NCBI GenBank assembly: GCA_963710375.1
Contig: CAVPZX010000002.1
Span: forward strand, 448,001 to 512,000
Direction of reading: 5' to 3'
DNA: 64,000 bases
DNA from: Nitrospirota bacterium
GTDB lineage: Bacteria > Nitrospirota > Thermodesulfovibrionia > Thermodesulfovibrionales > Dissulfurispiraceae
Shown here: positions 53,864 to 64,000 of the stretch, in pieces
Layout of the letters: each line of letters opens with the position of its first letter
How positions within the stretch are numbered: the stretch's first letter is position 1
Notes under the pieces: generated by a model
Database searches by the model: none
What the model was told of the DNA's origin: nothing
Seen by the model: only the letters and a program-made list of their open reading frames with translations
Position numbers and translations under genes: made by a program

Positions 53864-54913
53864 TCAACTACCAAATGTACTGCTTACACAATGCGCGACC
53901 ATATCGACCATAGAAATCGCTTTAGCATAATTCATCCGTCTCGGACCGATCAGGGCTATAACACCAATCGGTCTGTCCCCTTCCTTGTATGTCGTTGTAA
54001 CCACACTCAACCCTTTGAGGTCCTCGATCGGATTTTCGTCCCCGATAACCACTTTGACACCTTCGCTATCGGAAAATTCCTCCAGCAGCTTCAGCATCAT
54101 ATGCTTGTCCTTGATGGCCCTCGACAGTTCTTTAATATGCGCTATATCGGAAAAGTCCGGGAGTTCCATCACGTCATATAAGCCTGCAACAAAGACGTCA
54201 TCTTCTGCAAAGTGCAGTGCCTGCTCACAGATTTCAATAGCTTTGGATACCAGCCGGTCCCACAAGACTTTTTCGTATTTCATGCGCTTTACGAGTGTTC
54301 TCTTTATTTCTTCAAGAGTACATCCCGCGTATTCCCCGTTTATATAATCCGCTATCCTGTTCAGATCATCCTGGGTAATAGCCTCCGGCACGGTCAGCAT
54401 CCTGTTCCTGAAAACACCCTCATCTGTCAGCAGTATGGCAACGATGATATTGCTTTTGTATTTGATCAATTCTATTCTGTTAAAAGTAGTATTCTCCGGT
54501 TTTGGAGGAAGCGCGATGCTCACATAATTTGAGAGCATTGAAAGCGTGGAAGTCACCTCTGAAAGCATCACCGACACATCGTCTTTTATTGCCTCCAGCT
54601 TCCTTGTAAACTGCCGTGAAAACTCCCTTGATATCTCACTCTGGCTCACGGACACTTCCGAATGCGGGAGGGAGTCCACAAAAAACCGGTATCCTTTGTC
54701 CGTAGGCACCCTGCCGGCCGAGGTATGAGGCTGGCTCAAAAACCCGAATTCTTCTAGATCGGCCATGATATTCCTTATAGTTGCAGGCGAGCATCCGAGG
54801 GCGTATTTCTTAGTGACAAAACGCGACCCTACCGGTTCCGGATTATTTATATAACTCTGGACCACAGCGTGAAGGACCTGCCTGCTTCTTTTATCAAGCA
54901 TATCAAATATCAT
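53864..54913 (-). CDS. hrcA: Heat-inducible repressor HrcA
   Basis: EPVGS, SPATIRN.MADLE and HTSAGRVPT; exact start uncertain (54901-54925). Confidence 0.96.
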   Translation of the reverse strand: MIFDMLDKRSRQVLHAVVQSYINNPEPVGSRFVTKKYALGCSPATIRNIMADLEEFGFLSQPHTSAGRVPTDKGYRFFVDSLPHSEVSVSQSEISREFSRQFTRKLEAIKDDVSVMLSEVTSTLSMLSNYVSIALPPKPENTTFNRIELIKYKSNIIVAILLTDEGVFRNRMLTVPEAITQDDLNRIADYINGEYAGCTLEEIKRTLVKRMKYEKVLWDRLVSKAIEICEQALHFAEDDVFVAGLYDVMELPDFSDIAHIKELSRAIKDKHMMLKLLEEFSDSEGVKVVIGDENPIEDLKGLSVVTTTYKEGDRPIGVIALIGPRRMNYAKAISMVDMVAHCVSSTFGS

Positions 54914-54937
54914 CCTGACATGCACCTCTCACTAGCG

Positions 54938-54964
54938 TTAGCACTCTCACACCTTGAGTGCTAA
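54938..54964. promoter_or_regulatory. CIRCE operator of the hrcA-dnaK operon
   Basis: TTAGCACTC-N9-GAGTGCTAA, with TTGACA-N17-TTAAAT just upstream on the minus strand. Confidence 0.97.
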
Positions 54965-55016
54965 TAATTTAACAGTTCATATTCGAACCTGTCAAGTTTA
55001 AGGCAAAAGGCAAAGC

Positions 55017-55143
55017 CGTGAAACGTGAATCGTGAAGCGTGAATAGAAAAAACAAAAAAATGTCGTAAAACGTAAGGACAGGAAAGCATTGTTTTTAAAA
55101 GCCTTTTACTTTGCGTTTCACGATTCACGACTAACCTTTCACT
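55017..55143. repeat. Inverted heptamer (nGTGAAw) element, copy A
   Basis: cGTGAAA cGTGAAT cGTGAAG cGTGAAT ... TTTCACg ATTCACg .. TTTCAC. Confidence 0.85.
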
Positions 55144-55151
55144 TCTGTAAA

Positions 55152-55988
55152 TTACCACTGCAACTTTCTCTGCATCAGTTTCTCATACATTATGGGCGGC
55201 ATAAATGCCTGTTGGTGTATTTCATCACTGTAATATTTTGTGTCGATAGTATACGGTCTTCTGATACTCCTCATGTCATGTCTCTTTGACGCAGCAGAAA
55301 ACGTCCACCAGTTGCCGGCATACGTTGCGAGCGTGGCAGTGTAAAGGTCAACTGTGGGGAAAATAAGCCTCATGGCCTCCTGCACTTCTATAACAATGTC
55401 CTTATGAAAATGGAGCGATTCTGAAAGGGTTACAAACATGCCTTCATCGGTGAGACAATCTTTGACAGACTTGAAGAACTCAACAGTAAACAAGCTTTTT
55501 GCAAACCCGATGATGTCGGTGGAATCAACAATAACCACATCGATATCGGAATCCCTGCCCTTAACAAATTCCGCTCCATCCATGCATTTTATCTCAACCC
55601 TGCGGTCATCAACTCCGCAGGCGACAGAAGGGAAAAATTGCCTGGAGATATTGATCACCTCTTCATCAATCTCAATAAAATAAACCTTTTCCACCGAGTC
55701 ATGCTTCAGCACCTCTCTTACCGCTCCTCCGTCACCGCCGCCGATGACAATGATATTCCTGGGGTTGGGATGCGCATGCATGAGCACATGCACCAGCATC
55801 TCGTGGTAGAAGAACTCGTCCCTTTCGGTTATCTGTACTACACCATCCAGGACAAGGACCTTCCCAAAATAGGGGTTTTCAATGACCATTATTTCCTGAA
55901 AGTCGCTCTTGCTCTTGTGCAATACTTTCTCCACGCCGTATACATACTGTATTGGAGCATATGGGTCCTTCTCGAAAAATTTAATCAT
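55152..55988 (-). CDS. speE: Spermidine synthase / polyamine aminopropyltransferase
   Basis: LDGVVQ, IGGGDGG, EID and VDSTD. Confidence 0.93.
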   Translation of the reverse strand: MIKFFEKDPYAPIQYVYGVEKVLHKSKSDFQEIMVIENPYFGKVLVLDGVVQITERDEFFYHEMLVHVLMHAHPNPRNIIVIGGGDGGAVREVLKHDSVEKVYFIEIDEEVINISRQFFPSVACGVDDRRVEIKCMDGAEFVKGRDSDIDVVIVDSTDIIGFAKSLFTVEFFKSVKDCLTDEGMFVTLSESLHFHKDIVIEVQEAMRLIFPTVDLYTATLATYAGNWWTFSAASKRHDMRSIRRPYTIDTKYYSDEIHQQAFMPPIMYEKLMQRKLQW

Positions 55989-56009
55989 AAGGCTATCCTC
56001 CTTAAATAA

Positions 56010-56113
56010 CGTGAAAAGTGAATGGTGAATAGTGAAATGTAAAAACAGAAAAACACTCTGTCTCTTTGGTCTTCATCCTTTCCCTTTTCACTATTCACTA
56101 TTCACGTTTCACG
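56010..56113. repeat. Inverted heptamer element, copy B
   Basis: cGTGAAA aGTGAAT gGTGAAT aGTGAAA ... TTTCACt ATTCACt ATTCACg TTTCACg. Confidence 0.9.
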
Positions 56114-56117
56114 GCTT

Positions 56118-57251
56118 TTATATCAGTATCGTTTTAGGAATAGAGAATCCGTTAAACTCAGAGGCATAGGATATGGTGTAAGCCCCGCTTGAGAGTATCA
56201 GAATGCGGTTGCCGGTCTCAGGCTCAGGCAGTTCCACATCACGGTCGATTACATCAAAGCTGTCGCAACTGGGTCCTGCAATTGTCCATTTTTTACTCTC
56301 GCTCCTGCTGCCCACAACATAGGTATATTTAATGCCGCCTATGCTTTCCATGAGGCCATTAAATACTCCCACATCAATATGAAGCCAGTTCTCATCCCCC
56401 CGTCTCGTCTTTCCGATAACGGTGGATACAAATACCCCTGCATCACCGACTACCGCCCTTCCAGGTTCGATGATTATTTCAGTGTCCTTTGGGAATTTCT
56501 GGTAAATGGCCTTATCTACCTTTTTCTCTATGGTTTTGATATCGACCACGCTCTTTGTATAGCGGATAGGATATCCCCCGCCAATATTGAGCAAGCTTAA
56601 TTTAATGCCGCTCTGCCCTGCGGTTTCCCATAAATCCCATGCCTTGTCAACAGCGGTGTTCCAGTTGTAGACATTATTGCACTGGGAACCGACATGGAAA
56701 GTAATGCCGACAGGGTTAAGCCCCTTTTCTTTTGCATATTCCAGCAGTTCAGCCGCCTCATCCATTTCAACGCCGAACTTCTTGCTTAAGGGCCACTCGC
56801 TCCCCTCATTCGGAACAGACAATCTTATGTAGACGTTACAGCCAGGCGCATACCGTGCAAGCTTGTCGGCCTCTGTAATAGAATCGAAGGCAAAGTAACG
56901 CACGCCATAATCAACGGCCTGACCGAGAAATTTAAATGTCTTTACCGGATTACTGGTAATTATCCTCTCAGGTCCCACGCCCAGAGAGGCGAGTATCTGA
57001 AGTTCGCCTTCGGAGGCGATCTCAAATCCTGTTCCAAGGCTGCTCATAAGTTTGAGCACTTCTTTGTCGGGATTGGCCTTTACCGCATAAAAAGTTTTCG
57101 AGTTCCTGATGCCCTTGCCGATTTGTGAGACCTTTTCAGTCACCACATCTCTGTCCATGAGCAAATATGGCGGCAGCTCATCACTCAGGGCAATGTAATT
57201 GAGCACCTTATTCCAGGTCTTTTTGCCTATAAATTCAGGGGTTGTTTCCAT
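56118..57251 (-). CDS. Fold-type III ornithine/lysine decarboxylase
   Basis: YAVKANP, FHVGSQ, EPGR and GPSCDS. Confidence 0.92.
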   Translation of the reverse strand: METTPEFIGKKTWNKVLNYIALSDELPPYLLMDRDVVTEKVSQIGKGIRNSKTFYAVKANPDKEVLKLMSSLGTGFEIASEGELQILASLGVGPERIITSNPVKTFKFLGQAVDYGVRYFAFDSITEADKLARYAPGCNVYIRLSVPNEGSEWPLSKKFGVEMDEAAELLEYAKEKGLNPVGITFHVGSQCNNVYNWNTAVDKAWDLWETAGQSGIKLSLLNIGGGYPIRYTKSVVDIKTIEKKVDKAIYQKFPKDTEIIIEPGRAVVGDAGVFVSTVIGKTRRGDENWLHIDVGVFNGLMESIGGIKYTYVVGSRSESKKWTIAGPSCDSFDVIDRDVELPEPETGNRILILSSGAYTISYASEFNGFSIPKTILI

Positions 57252-57424
57252 ATTCCGCTTATTGCTAACACTTCTGAACAGCCCGGCTTATACCGCCGTG
57301 TATACAGAAAATGCGAACGGTTATTATATACCAATTATAGCCACATTATACAACAACGCATGAACTTCCGAAGCGGGTCAGTTTGAAAAATAGTCGGGTT
57401 AGTCCCAATATTTGCATCCACTTC

Positions 57425-57453
57425 TTGACACCCCCCTTCTTGACCAATATAAT
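57425..57453 (+). promoter_or_regulatory. Consensus sigma70 promoter of rpiB
   Basis: TTGACA-N17-TATAAT, exact. Confidence 0.85.
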
Positions 57454-57485
57454 TTAACAAAAAACAGCATGCAGGATAAAAAATA

Positions 57486-57938
57486 ATGTTCGCCGGACAG
57501 GATGAGAGAACGAGAACAATTGCCGTGGCCTCGGATCATGCGGGGTACGAGCTGAAAAAAGTGATTCTGGCCCACCTCAGATCTAAAGGCTACACCGTGA
57601 AAGACTTCGGTACGGACAGTGACCAGCCGGTAGACTATCCCGACTTTATCAGACCAGCGGCAATCAGCGTCGCTGCAGGAGAGAACGACGCGGGCGTTGT
57701 CATAGGGGGCAGCGGAAATGGTGAAGCGATAGTCGCCAATAAAGTACGCGGGATCCGTTGCGCGGTCTGCTGGAATACAGACTCCGGGCGACTTGCGAAA
57801 GAGCACAACGACGCAAACATCATCTCCCTTGGAGCCAGGCTGATAGGCGGGTCTCTGGCGTTAGAGATCGTTGACACATGGTTGAACGCAGAGTTTCAGG
57901 GCGGTCGTCATTCGCGGCGGATCGGGAAGATCGAATGA
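57486..57938 (+). CDS. rpiB: Ribose-5-phosphate isomerase B
   Basis: SDHAG, DYPD, GGSGNGE, HNDAN and GGRH..R. Confidence 0.95.
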   Translation: MFAGQDERTRTIAVASDHAGYELKKVILAHLRSKGYTVKDFGTDSDQPVDYPDFIRPAAISVAAGENDAGVVIGGSGNGEAIVANKVRGIRCAVCWNTDSGRLAKEHNDANIISLGARLIGGSLALEIVDTWLNAEFQGGRHSRRIGKIE

Positions 57939-57979
57939 AGCGGAATGGTTATTCCTGAGAGAATGACCTCAATGAAAAA

Positions 57980-58708
57980 TCATACTCTCATATAAATCAG
58001 ATATTCTATATTACCCTTCTGCCCCTGCACAGGCGACTGCATTACGCCGATTATCCTGAGACCCAAAGATTGCATGGCCTCTTTCACCTGGCTGACAGCC
58101 CGCTCGCGTTTGGCAGCATCTCTAATTACGCCGCCCTTGTCCACTTCTCCTTTGCCCACCTCGAACTGAGGTTTAATCAGGGCAATCACCTCTCCTGCGG
58201 GCTGCAGGAACTCCAGCACCCTCGGCACAACTTTGACAAGGGAAATAAACGATACATCAATAGTAGCAAGCTCTACAGAATCCGGAATTTTTTCTTTTTC
58301 AAGGTACCGGATATTTGCCCGCTCGATGATAACGATTCTCGGGTCCTGCCGCAGTTTCCACGCAAGCTGGCCATAGCCGACGTCGATGCAATAAACTTTT
58401 GCCGCCCCGTGCTGGAGCAGACAGTCGGTAAAACCTCCTGTAGATGCGCCTACATCCATTGCAATCTTGCCGACCGGAGATATATTAAAACACTTGAGCG
58501 CCGCTTCAAGTTTGAGGCCGCCCCGGCTGACATAAGGGATTTCCCCGCCGCTTACCTCCACAGGAGCATCAGGGGCTACCATCGTGCCAGCTTTTGTAAC
58601 AGGCACCCCGCTCACGAACACCTTGCCTTCCATGATCAGGGCCCGAGCCCGCTCGCGGCTTGAGGCGAGACCCCTATCGACAATAATATTATCAAGGCGT
58701 TCTTTCAT
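57980..58708 (-). CDS. tlyA: TlyA-family RNA methyltransferase
   Basis: YVSRGGLKL, DVGASTGGFTD and KPQFE. Confidence 0.95.
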   Translation of the reverse strand: MKERLDNIIVDRGLASSRERARALIMEGKVFVSGVPVTKAGTMVAPDAPVEVSGGEIPYVSRGGLKLEAALKCFNISPVGKIAMDVGASTGGFTDCLLQHGAAKVYCIDVGYGQLAWKLRQDPRIVIIERANIRYLEKEKIPDSVELATIDVSFISLVKVVPRVLEFLQPAGEVIALIKPQFEVGKGEVDKGGVIRDAAKRERAVSQVKEAMQSLGLRIIGVMQSPVQGQKGNIEYLIYMRV

Positions 58709-58775
58709 ACGTTAACCTATATAGTGCGTTCGCCCCGAAAACATAATGAAGACATGAGAAGTGGAGGGTATAATT

Positions 58776-60719
58776 TTATTGGTGAGTTCCTAATTCAACA
58801 GGTTGACCGGCTGTTTTCAGGAAAGCAGTTGCAGCTCTGTATATTCCATCTTCATCGAGACCGTATTGTTTCCTTAACTGCGCCTGAGAGCCGTGCTCCA
58901 CGAACTCATCACCAATGCCGATCCGGTGTACTGCCACATCGGAGATACCCTCACGGTTCAGATATTCAAGCACCGCAGAGCCGAAGCCCCCTGCAAGAAG
59001 GTTCTCCTCCACTGTGATTATCCGTTTCGCCCTTCCACAAAGCGCCCTTATCCCCTCCTCATCGAGCGGCTTAATAAAGCGGGCATTGACTACGCAAGCA
59101 TCGATGTCGTCCTTTTTCAGCATTGCCGCAGCTTTCATCGCTGGATACACTGCATTGCCGACTGCAATAAAGGCGAGGTCTTTTCCATCAACGATGATTT
59201 CCGATTTCCCCATTTCAAGTACAGTGTGCCCTACACCGAAACTGGCATAAGGACTGACCTTCCCCCTTGGATACCGCAATGCGGCCGGACCCTTATGAGC
59301 TAACGCGAGCTTAAGCATTTCTTTCATCTCATAACTGTCTTTAGGGGCCATTACGATCAGATTGGGAACATGCCGCAGGAACGATATATCGAACAATCCC
59401 TGATGGGTTGCGCCATCCTCTCCCACAATGCCGGCCCGATCAATGGCAAACACGACCGGAAGGTCCTGAAGGCAGACATCGTGAATTATCTCATCATAGG
59501 CCCGTTGCAGGAATGTGGAGTAAATCGCCACCACAGGCTTGAGCCCCTGGCTCGCAAGCCCTGCCGCAAACGTCACAGCGTGGGGTTCTGCGATGCCTAC
59601 ATCGTAGAAGCGATCGGGGAACTTCTCTGCAAAGACCGCAAGGCCGGTACCCTCCTTCATAGCCGCACTGACCGCAACGATATCCTTATCCTCAGTCGCT
59701 ATCTCGGTGAGTGCATTGCCGAAGATATCACAAAATGCTATACACCCGTCATGCGCCTGAACACTTCCTGCGGATGCCTTTTCAGCCTGCGTTACCCCAG
59801 TATCTACCTCAAAGGGACCGATACCGTGAAAAATACAAGGGTCATCCTCTGAAAATTTATAACCCTTGCCTTTCTTGGTAACAACATGGATGAGAATAGG
59901 CTCGCTAGCGTTCCTGATCCTGCTGAATGTCTCAATAAGGAGAGGGACATCATGCCCGTCAATCGGGCCCAAATAGTTAAACCCAAGGTCCTCGAACAGC
60001 CCGCCGGGAAGGAAAAAACCTTTGAGGCTCCCTTCGGCCCGTTGGGCAATTTTCGCGACCGACTCTCCGATCCGAGGGATCCCTTCCAGAAGGGCCTTGG
60101 TCTCTTTTTTAAACCTTTGATAGAATACCCCGGTCAATACCCTATTCAGGTAATTCGAAAGCGCACCGACATTTGGGGAAATCGACATCTCATTGTCATT
60201 CAGGACCACGATAAGGTCTTTCTTCAAATGCCCTGCCTGGTTAAGCCCCTCAAAAGCCAGGCCCGATGTCAGAGCACCATCACCAATCACAGCGATCACC
60301 TTGAAGTGTTCGCCTTTCCTGCACCTTGCTTCAGCGATTCCGAGCGCCGCTGATATGGAGGTGGAACTGTGGCCAGTGCCGAACGCATCATGCGGACTCT
60401 CGGCCATTCTCGGGAACCCGGATATGCCCTTGTATTTCCGTATCGTGGGAAAGTCTTCGTACCTTCCGGTCAAAAGTTTATGAGAATAAGACTGGTGGCC
60501 GACGTCCCATATTATCTTATCAACAGGGGAATTAAAGACATAATGGAGCGCAATCGTCAATTCAACCACTCCTAGGTTAGAAGCCAGATGTCCGCCATTA
60601 ATGGATACCCTTTCGATAATCAGGGTGCGGAGTTCCTCCGCAAGGGCAAGCAGTTCTTCCTGTTTCAGCGATTTCAGATCAAGCGGCGATTTTATATGTT
60701 TTATGAGCATTCTTTCCAT
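58776..60719 (-). CDS. dxs: 1-deoxy-D-xylulose-5-phosphate synthase
   Basis: WDVGHQ, GDGA...NDN, IAEPHA and DGATHQG. Confidence 0.97.
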   Translation of the reverse strand: MERMLIKHIKSPLDLKSLKQEELLALAEELRTLIIERVSINGGHLASNLGVVELTIALHYVFNSPVDKIIWDVGHQSYSHKLLTGRYEDFPTIRKYKGISGFPRMAESPHDAFGTGHSSTSISAALGIAEARCRKGEHFKVIAVIGDGALTSGLAFEGLNQAGHLKKDLIVVLNDNEMSISPNVGALSNYLNRVLTGVFYQRFKKETKALLEGIPRIGESVAKIAQRAEGSLKGFFLPGGLFEDLGFNYLGPIDGHDVPLLIETFSRIRNASEPILIHVVTKKGKGYKFSEDDPCIFHGIGPFEVDTGVTQAEKASAGSVQAHDGCIAFCDIFGNALTEIATEDKDIVAVSAAMKEGTGLAVFAEKFPDRFYDVGIAEPHAVTFAAGLASQGLKPVVAIYSTFLQRAYDEIIHDVCLQDLPVVFAIDRAGIVGEDGATHQGLFDISFLRHVPNLIVMAPKDSYEMKEMLKLALAHKGPAALRYPRGKVSPYASFGVGHTVLEMGKSEIIVDGKDLAFIAVGNAVYPAMKAAAMLKKDDIDACVVNARFIKPLDEEGIRALCGRAKRIITVEENLLAGGFGSAVLEYLNREGISDVAVHRIGIGDEFVEHGSQAQLRKQYGLDEDGIYRAATAFLKTAGQPVELGTHQ

Positions 60720-60728
60720 TTATTAATA

Positions 60729-61619
60729 TCAACTCTTCCTTTCAAGCATGAGCTGAGCAATAGCGCGCAAGGGGTCAGCTTTTTCATCAAAAACAGTCAA
60801 TGACCCAACCGCATCATCAATCAATCCTTTTGCCTTCCTTTTGGATTCTTCTATACCATAAAGTTTAGGATAGGTCATCTTCTTTTTCTTCTCGTCAGAG
60901 CCGGCTGTTTTGCCCAACACTTCCGTTTGTCCCTCCACATCCAGTATATCATCAATGACCTGAAATGCGAGGCCCGTACTCTGTCCGTAGCTTGCCAGAC
61001 CGGCCAGCCGCTCATCACTGCAGCAGGCCAAAATGCCGCCGGTTTTTACCGCAGCTGTTATAAGTGCAGCGGTTTTACATCTGTGAATAAAGAAAAGGGT
61101 TTCGGGATCAGGCTCTTCGTTTTCGGACAGCAGGTCTTGCGCCTGGCCGCCTACCATGCCGTACATGCCAGACCCATCGGCAATTTCATTAATTGCCCTG
61201 ATAATCGCTGAATGGGGGATGGAGGCTACTGCATGCCGTTCATTAGAGAGCAGATAAAATGCCTCTGTCAGGAGGGCGTCCCCGGCAAGGATTGCCATGC
61301 CCTCACCAAAAACCTTGTGGTTTGTCGGCTTGCCGCGCCTCAAATCGTCATCGTCCATAGCTGGCAGGTCATCGTGGATCAATGAGTAGGTGTGGATCAG
61401 TTCGAACGCAGAAGCATAAGGCACCACGTCATCAGCCTTTCCTCCACAAGCCTCGTATGAGGCGAGACAGAGAATAGGCCTTATCCTTTTACCACCCGCG
61501 GAAAGTGAATAGGTCATTGACTTATAGAGCGCATCTGGAACAATGGCCCGGGAGAAATATTTGTCCATGAACGAATCGATCAGAACTTTCTTCTCTTGCA
61601 TGTACTTTGCTATATCCAT
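60729..61619 (-). CDS. ispA: Farnesyl diphosphate synthase
   Basis: GGKRIRP, HDDLPAMD..LRRG and FQVIDDILD. Confidence 0.95.
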   Translation of the reverse strand: MDIAKYMQEKKVLIDSFMDKYFSRAIVPDALYKSMTYSLSAGGKRIRPILCLASYEACGGKADDVVPYASAFELIHTYSLIHDDLPAMDDDDLRRGKPTNHKVFGEGMAILAGDALLTEAFYLLSNERHAVASIPHSAIIRAINEIADGSGMYGMVGGQAQDLLSENEEPDPETLFFIHRCKTAALITAAVKTGGILACCSDERLAGLASYGQSTGLAFQVIDDILDVEGQTEVLGKTAGSDEKKKKMTYPKLYGIEESKRKAKGLIDDAVGSLTVFDEKADPLRAIAQLMLERKS

Positions 61620-61630
61620 AGTTTAAACAC

Positions 61631-61730
61631 CGTGAATAGTGAATCGTGAATAGTGAATCGAAAAATAAAAGCCTTTTAAGAAAGTGTTCATCTGCTTTTG
61701 CGTTTCACGATTCACTATTCACGATTCACG
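61631..61730. repeat. Inverted heptamer element, copy C
   Basis: cGTGAAT aGTGAAT cGTGAAT aGTGAAT ... TTTCACg ATTCACt ATTCACg ATTCACg. Confidence 0.9.
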
Positions 61731-61735
61731 TTTTT

Positions 61736-63277
61736 TTACTCCCACTCTATGGTACCGGGCGGCTTTGACGTTATATCGTAGACCACCCTGTTGACACCCT
61801 TTACTTCGTTGATTATTCTGTTAGCTATCCTCTCCAATATTTCAGAAGGGATCCTGGCCCAGTCAGCTGTCATACCATCGAGGCTTGTCACAGCCCGGAC
61901 TGCAACTACATTTTCATAGGTCCTTTCATCGCCCATGACGCCGACGCTCTTAATTGGAAGGATTACAGCAAATGCCTGCCATATGTCCCTGTACAGTCCT
62001 GCCAGCTTTATTTCCTCAAGTACGATAGAATCAGCGTCCCTCAGCATATCAAGTTTGTCTGCCGCAGCTTCGCCGATACATCGTATGGCAAGCCCCGGGC
62101 CGGGAAAGGGATGCCTCCAGCATATCTCCTCAGGAAGGCCCAGTGCCTCACCCAGGACACGCACTTCATCTTTAAAAAGCTCCCGCAGGGGCTCAATAAG
62201 CTTTAACTGCATCACTTTGGGCAGCCCGCCGACATTATGATGACTCTTAATAACTGCCGACGGCCCTTTGAAAGAAACGCTTTCAATAACATCGGGATAC
62301 AGCGTCCCCTGTGCAAGAAATTCGGCATCAGTTATCTTTCTTGCCTCCTCTTCAAAAATCGAGATAAATTCATTGCCGATGACCTTTCTCTTCCGCTCCG
62401 GCTCAGTGACCCCGGAAAGTTTTTCGAGGAATCTCGCCCGCGCATCCACATAGTCGAGCCTTATTCGAAAATGGCCTTCAAAAGTCTTTCGCACTTTCTC
62501 GGTCTCACCTTTCCTCAGAAGACCGTTATCAACAAATATACAGGTGAGTCTGTCGCCGATTGCCTTATGAATAAGTAAAGCAACAACAGAAGAATCGACA
62601 CCGCCGCTCAATGCGCAGACCACTTTTTTAGTGCCGACCTTTGAGCGTATGTCGGCTACCGCCCATTCGATAAAGGATGACATCTCCCATGTGGGTCTGC
62701 AACCGCAAATAGTATAAACAAAATTCCCTAGTATTCTTGACCCTTCGTCGGTATGGGCCACCTCTGGATGAAACTGAAGGGCGTAAAGTTGCCGTTCCTT
62801 ATTCGCCATGGCAGCTATCGGCGAATTGTCAGTATGGCCCGTAATGGAAAATCCTACCGGCAGAAGCTCTATCCTGTCTCCATGGCTCATCCAGACTTTC
62901 GACTTCTGCGTTACGCCCCGGAGGAGGTCTGTTTCATCATCGATTATGAGTTCGGCTTTGCCGTATTCTCTTTTTGCAGCCCTGGCCACTTTCCCTCCCA
63001 GGCAGTGTGCCATCAACTGCATCCCATAACATACGCCGAGCACCGGGATACCGAGACTGAACACCTTCAGGTCAGGAATAGGAGACCCACTGTCATACAC
63101 ACTGGAAGGCCCTCCGGAAAGGACAATTCCTTTCGGCTTAAAGGATCGTATCTTCTCAATGGATGCATTAAAGGGAAATATCTCGGAATAGACTTTGCCC
63201 TCACGTATCCTTCTCGCTATAAGCTGGGTATATTGCGAACCGAAATCGAGGACTAATATTTTATCGTCATGCGTCAT
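61736..63277 (-). CDS. guaA: GMP synthase
   Basis: DFGSQY, SGGVDS and KPPGTIEWE. Confidence 0.98.
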   Translation of the reverse strand: MTHDDKILVLDFGSQYTQLIARRIREGKVYSEIFPFNASIEKIRSFKPKGIVLSGGPSSVYDSGSPIPDLKVFSLGIPVLGVCYGMQLMAHCLGGKVARAAKREYGKAELIIDDETDLLRGVTQKSKVWMSHGDRIELLPVGFSITGHTDNSPIAAMANKERQLYALQFHPEVAHTDEGSRILGNFVYTICGCRPTWEMSSFIEWAVADIRSKVGTKKVVCALSGGVDSSVVALLIHKAIGDRLTCIFVDNGLLRKGETEKVRKTFEGHFRIRLDYVDARARFLEKLSGVTEPERKRKVIGNEFISIFEEEARKITDAEFLAQGTLYPDVIESVSFKGPSAVIKSHHNVGGLPKVMQLKLIEPLRELFKDEVRVLGEALGLPEEICWRHPFPGPGLAIRCIGEAAADKLDMLRDADSIVLEEIKLAGLYRDIWQAFAVILPIKSVGVMGDERTYENVVAVRAVTSLDGMTADWARIPSEILERIANRIINEVKGVNRVVYDITSKPPGTIEWE

Positions 63278-63286
63278 AACTAAACC

Positions 63287-63380
63287 CGTGAAAAGTGAAT
63301 CGTGAATAGTAAATACAGGGGAAAAACTTTATTATAAGACTTTTACCTTTCGATTCACTATCCACTATTAACGTTTCACA
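63287..63380. repeat. Inverted heptamer element, copy D
   Basis: cGTGAAA aGTGAAT cGTGAAT aGTAAAT ... ATTCACt ATCCACt ATTAACg TTTCACa. Confidence 0.88.
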
Positions 63381-63384
63381 GCCT

Positions 63385-64000
<616 letters not shown>

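Noticed and set aside
54961..55158. 65-aa ORF over heptamer copy A
   Set aside because: Translation of the repeat (HASRFTFH pattern); no evidence of coding.

Overview
A 64 kb chromosomal segment of an anaerobic Gram-negative bacterium. The protein styles suggest Nitrospirota (Thermodesulfovibrionia-like) or a deltaproteobacterium; this is inference only. Most of it is housekeeping: rsmE, xseAB, ettA, ilvE, gatAB, purH, amtB-glnK-GATase-glnB-glnA, glnE, oppBC, ispG, mltG, groESL and hrcA-grpE-dnaK-dnaJ (each with a perfect CIRCE), ODC-speE, rpiB and guaB-guaA-ispA-dxs-tlyA, plus tRNA-Arg(ACG) and tRNA-Ala(GGC). An accessory zone around tRNA-Ala holds an MNT-HEPN pair, toxin-antitoxin and integrase remnants, and a complete three-ORF IS with a 6-bp TSD inserted into a hairpin. 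The most unusual signals are: (1) at least eight intergenic elements made of inverted arrays of degenerate 6- or 7-nt tandem repeats, in three sequence families; (2) repeat or palindromic DNA inside coding sequence (gatB N-terminus, an in-frame hairpin in glnE, MITE-derived C-termini of two genes); (3) two intact MITEs with TSDs; (4) a truncated CysRS paralog with altered Zn ligands, next to a MATE exporter; (5) a sigma54 promoter with three tandem palindromes upstream of amtB. No CRISPR array was seen. All calls come from reading the sequence; no database search was run.
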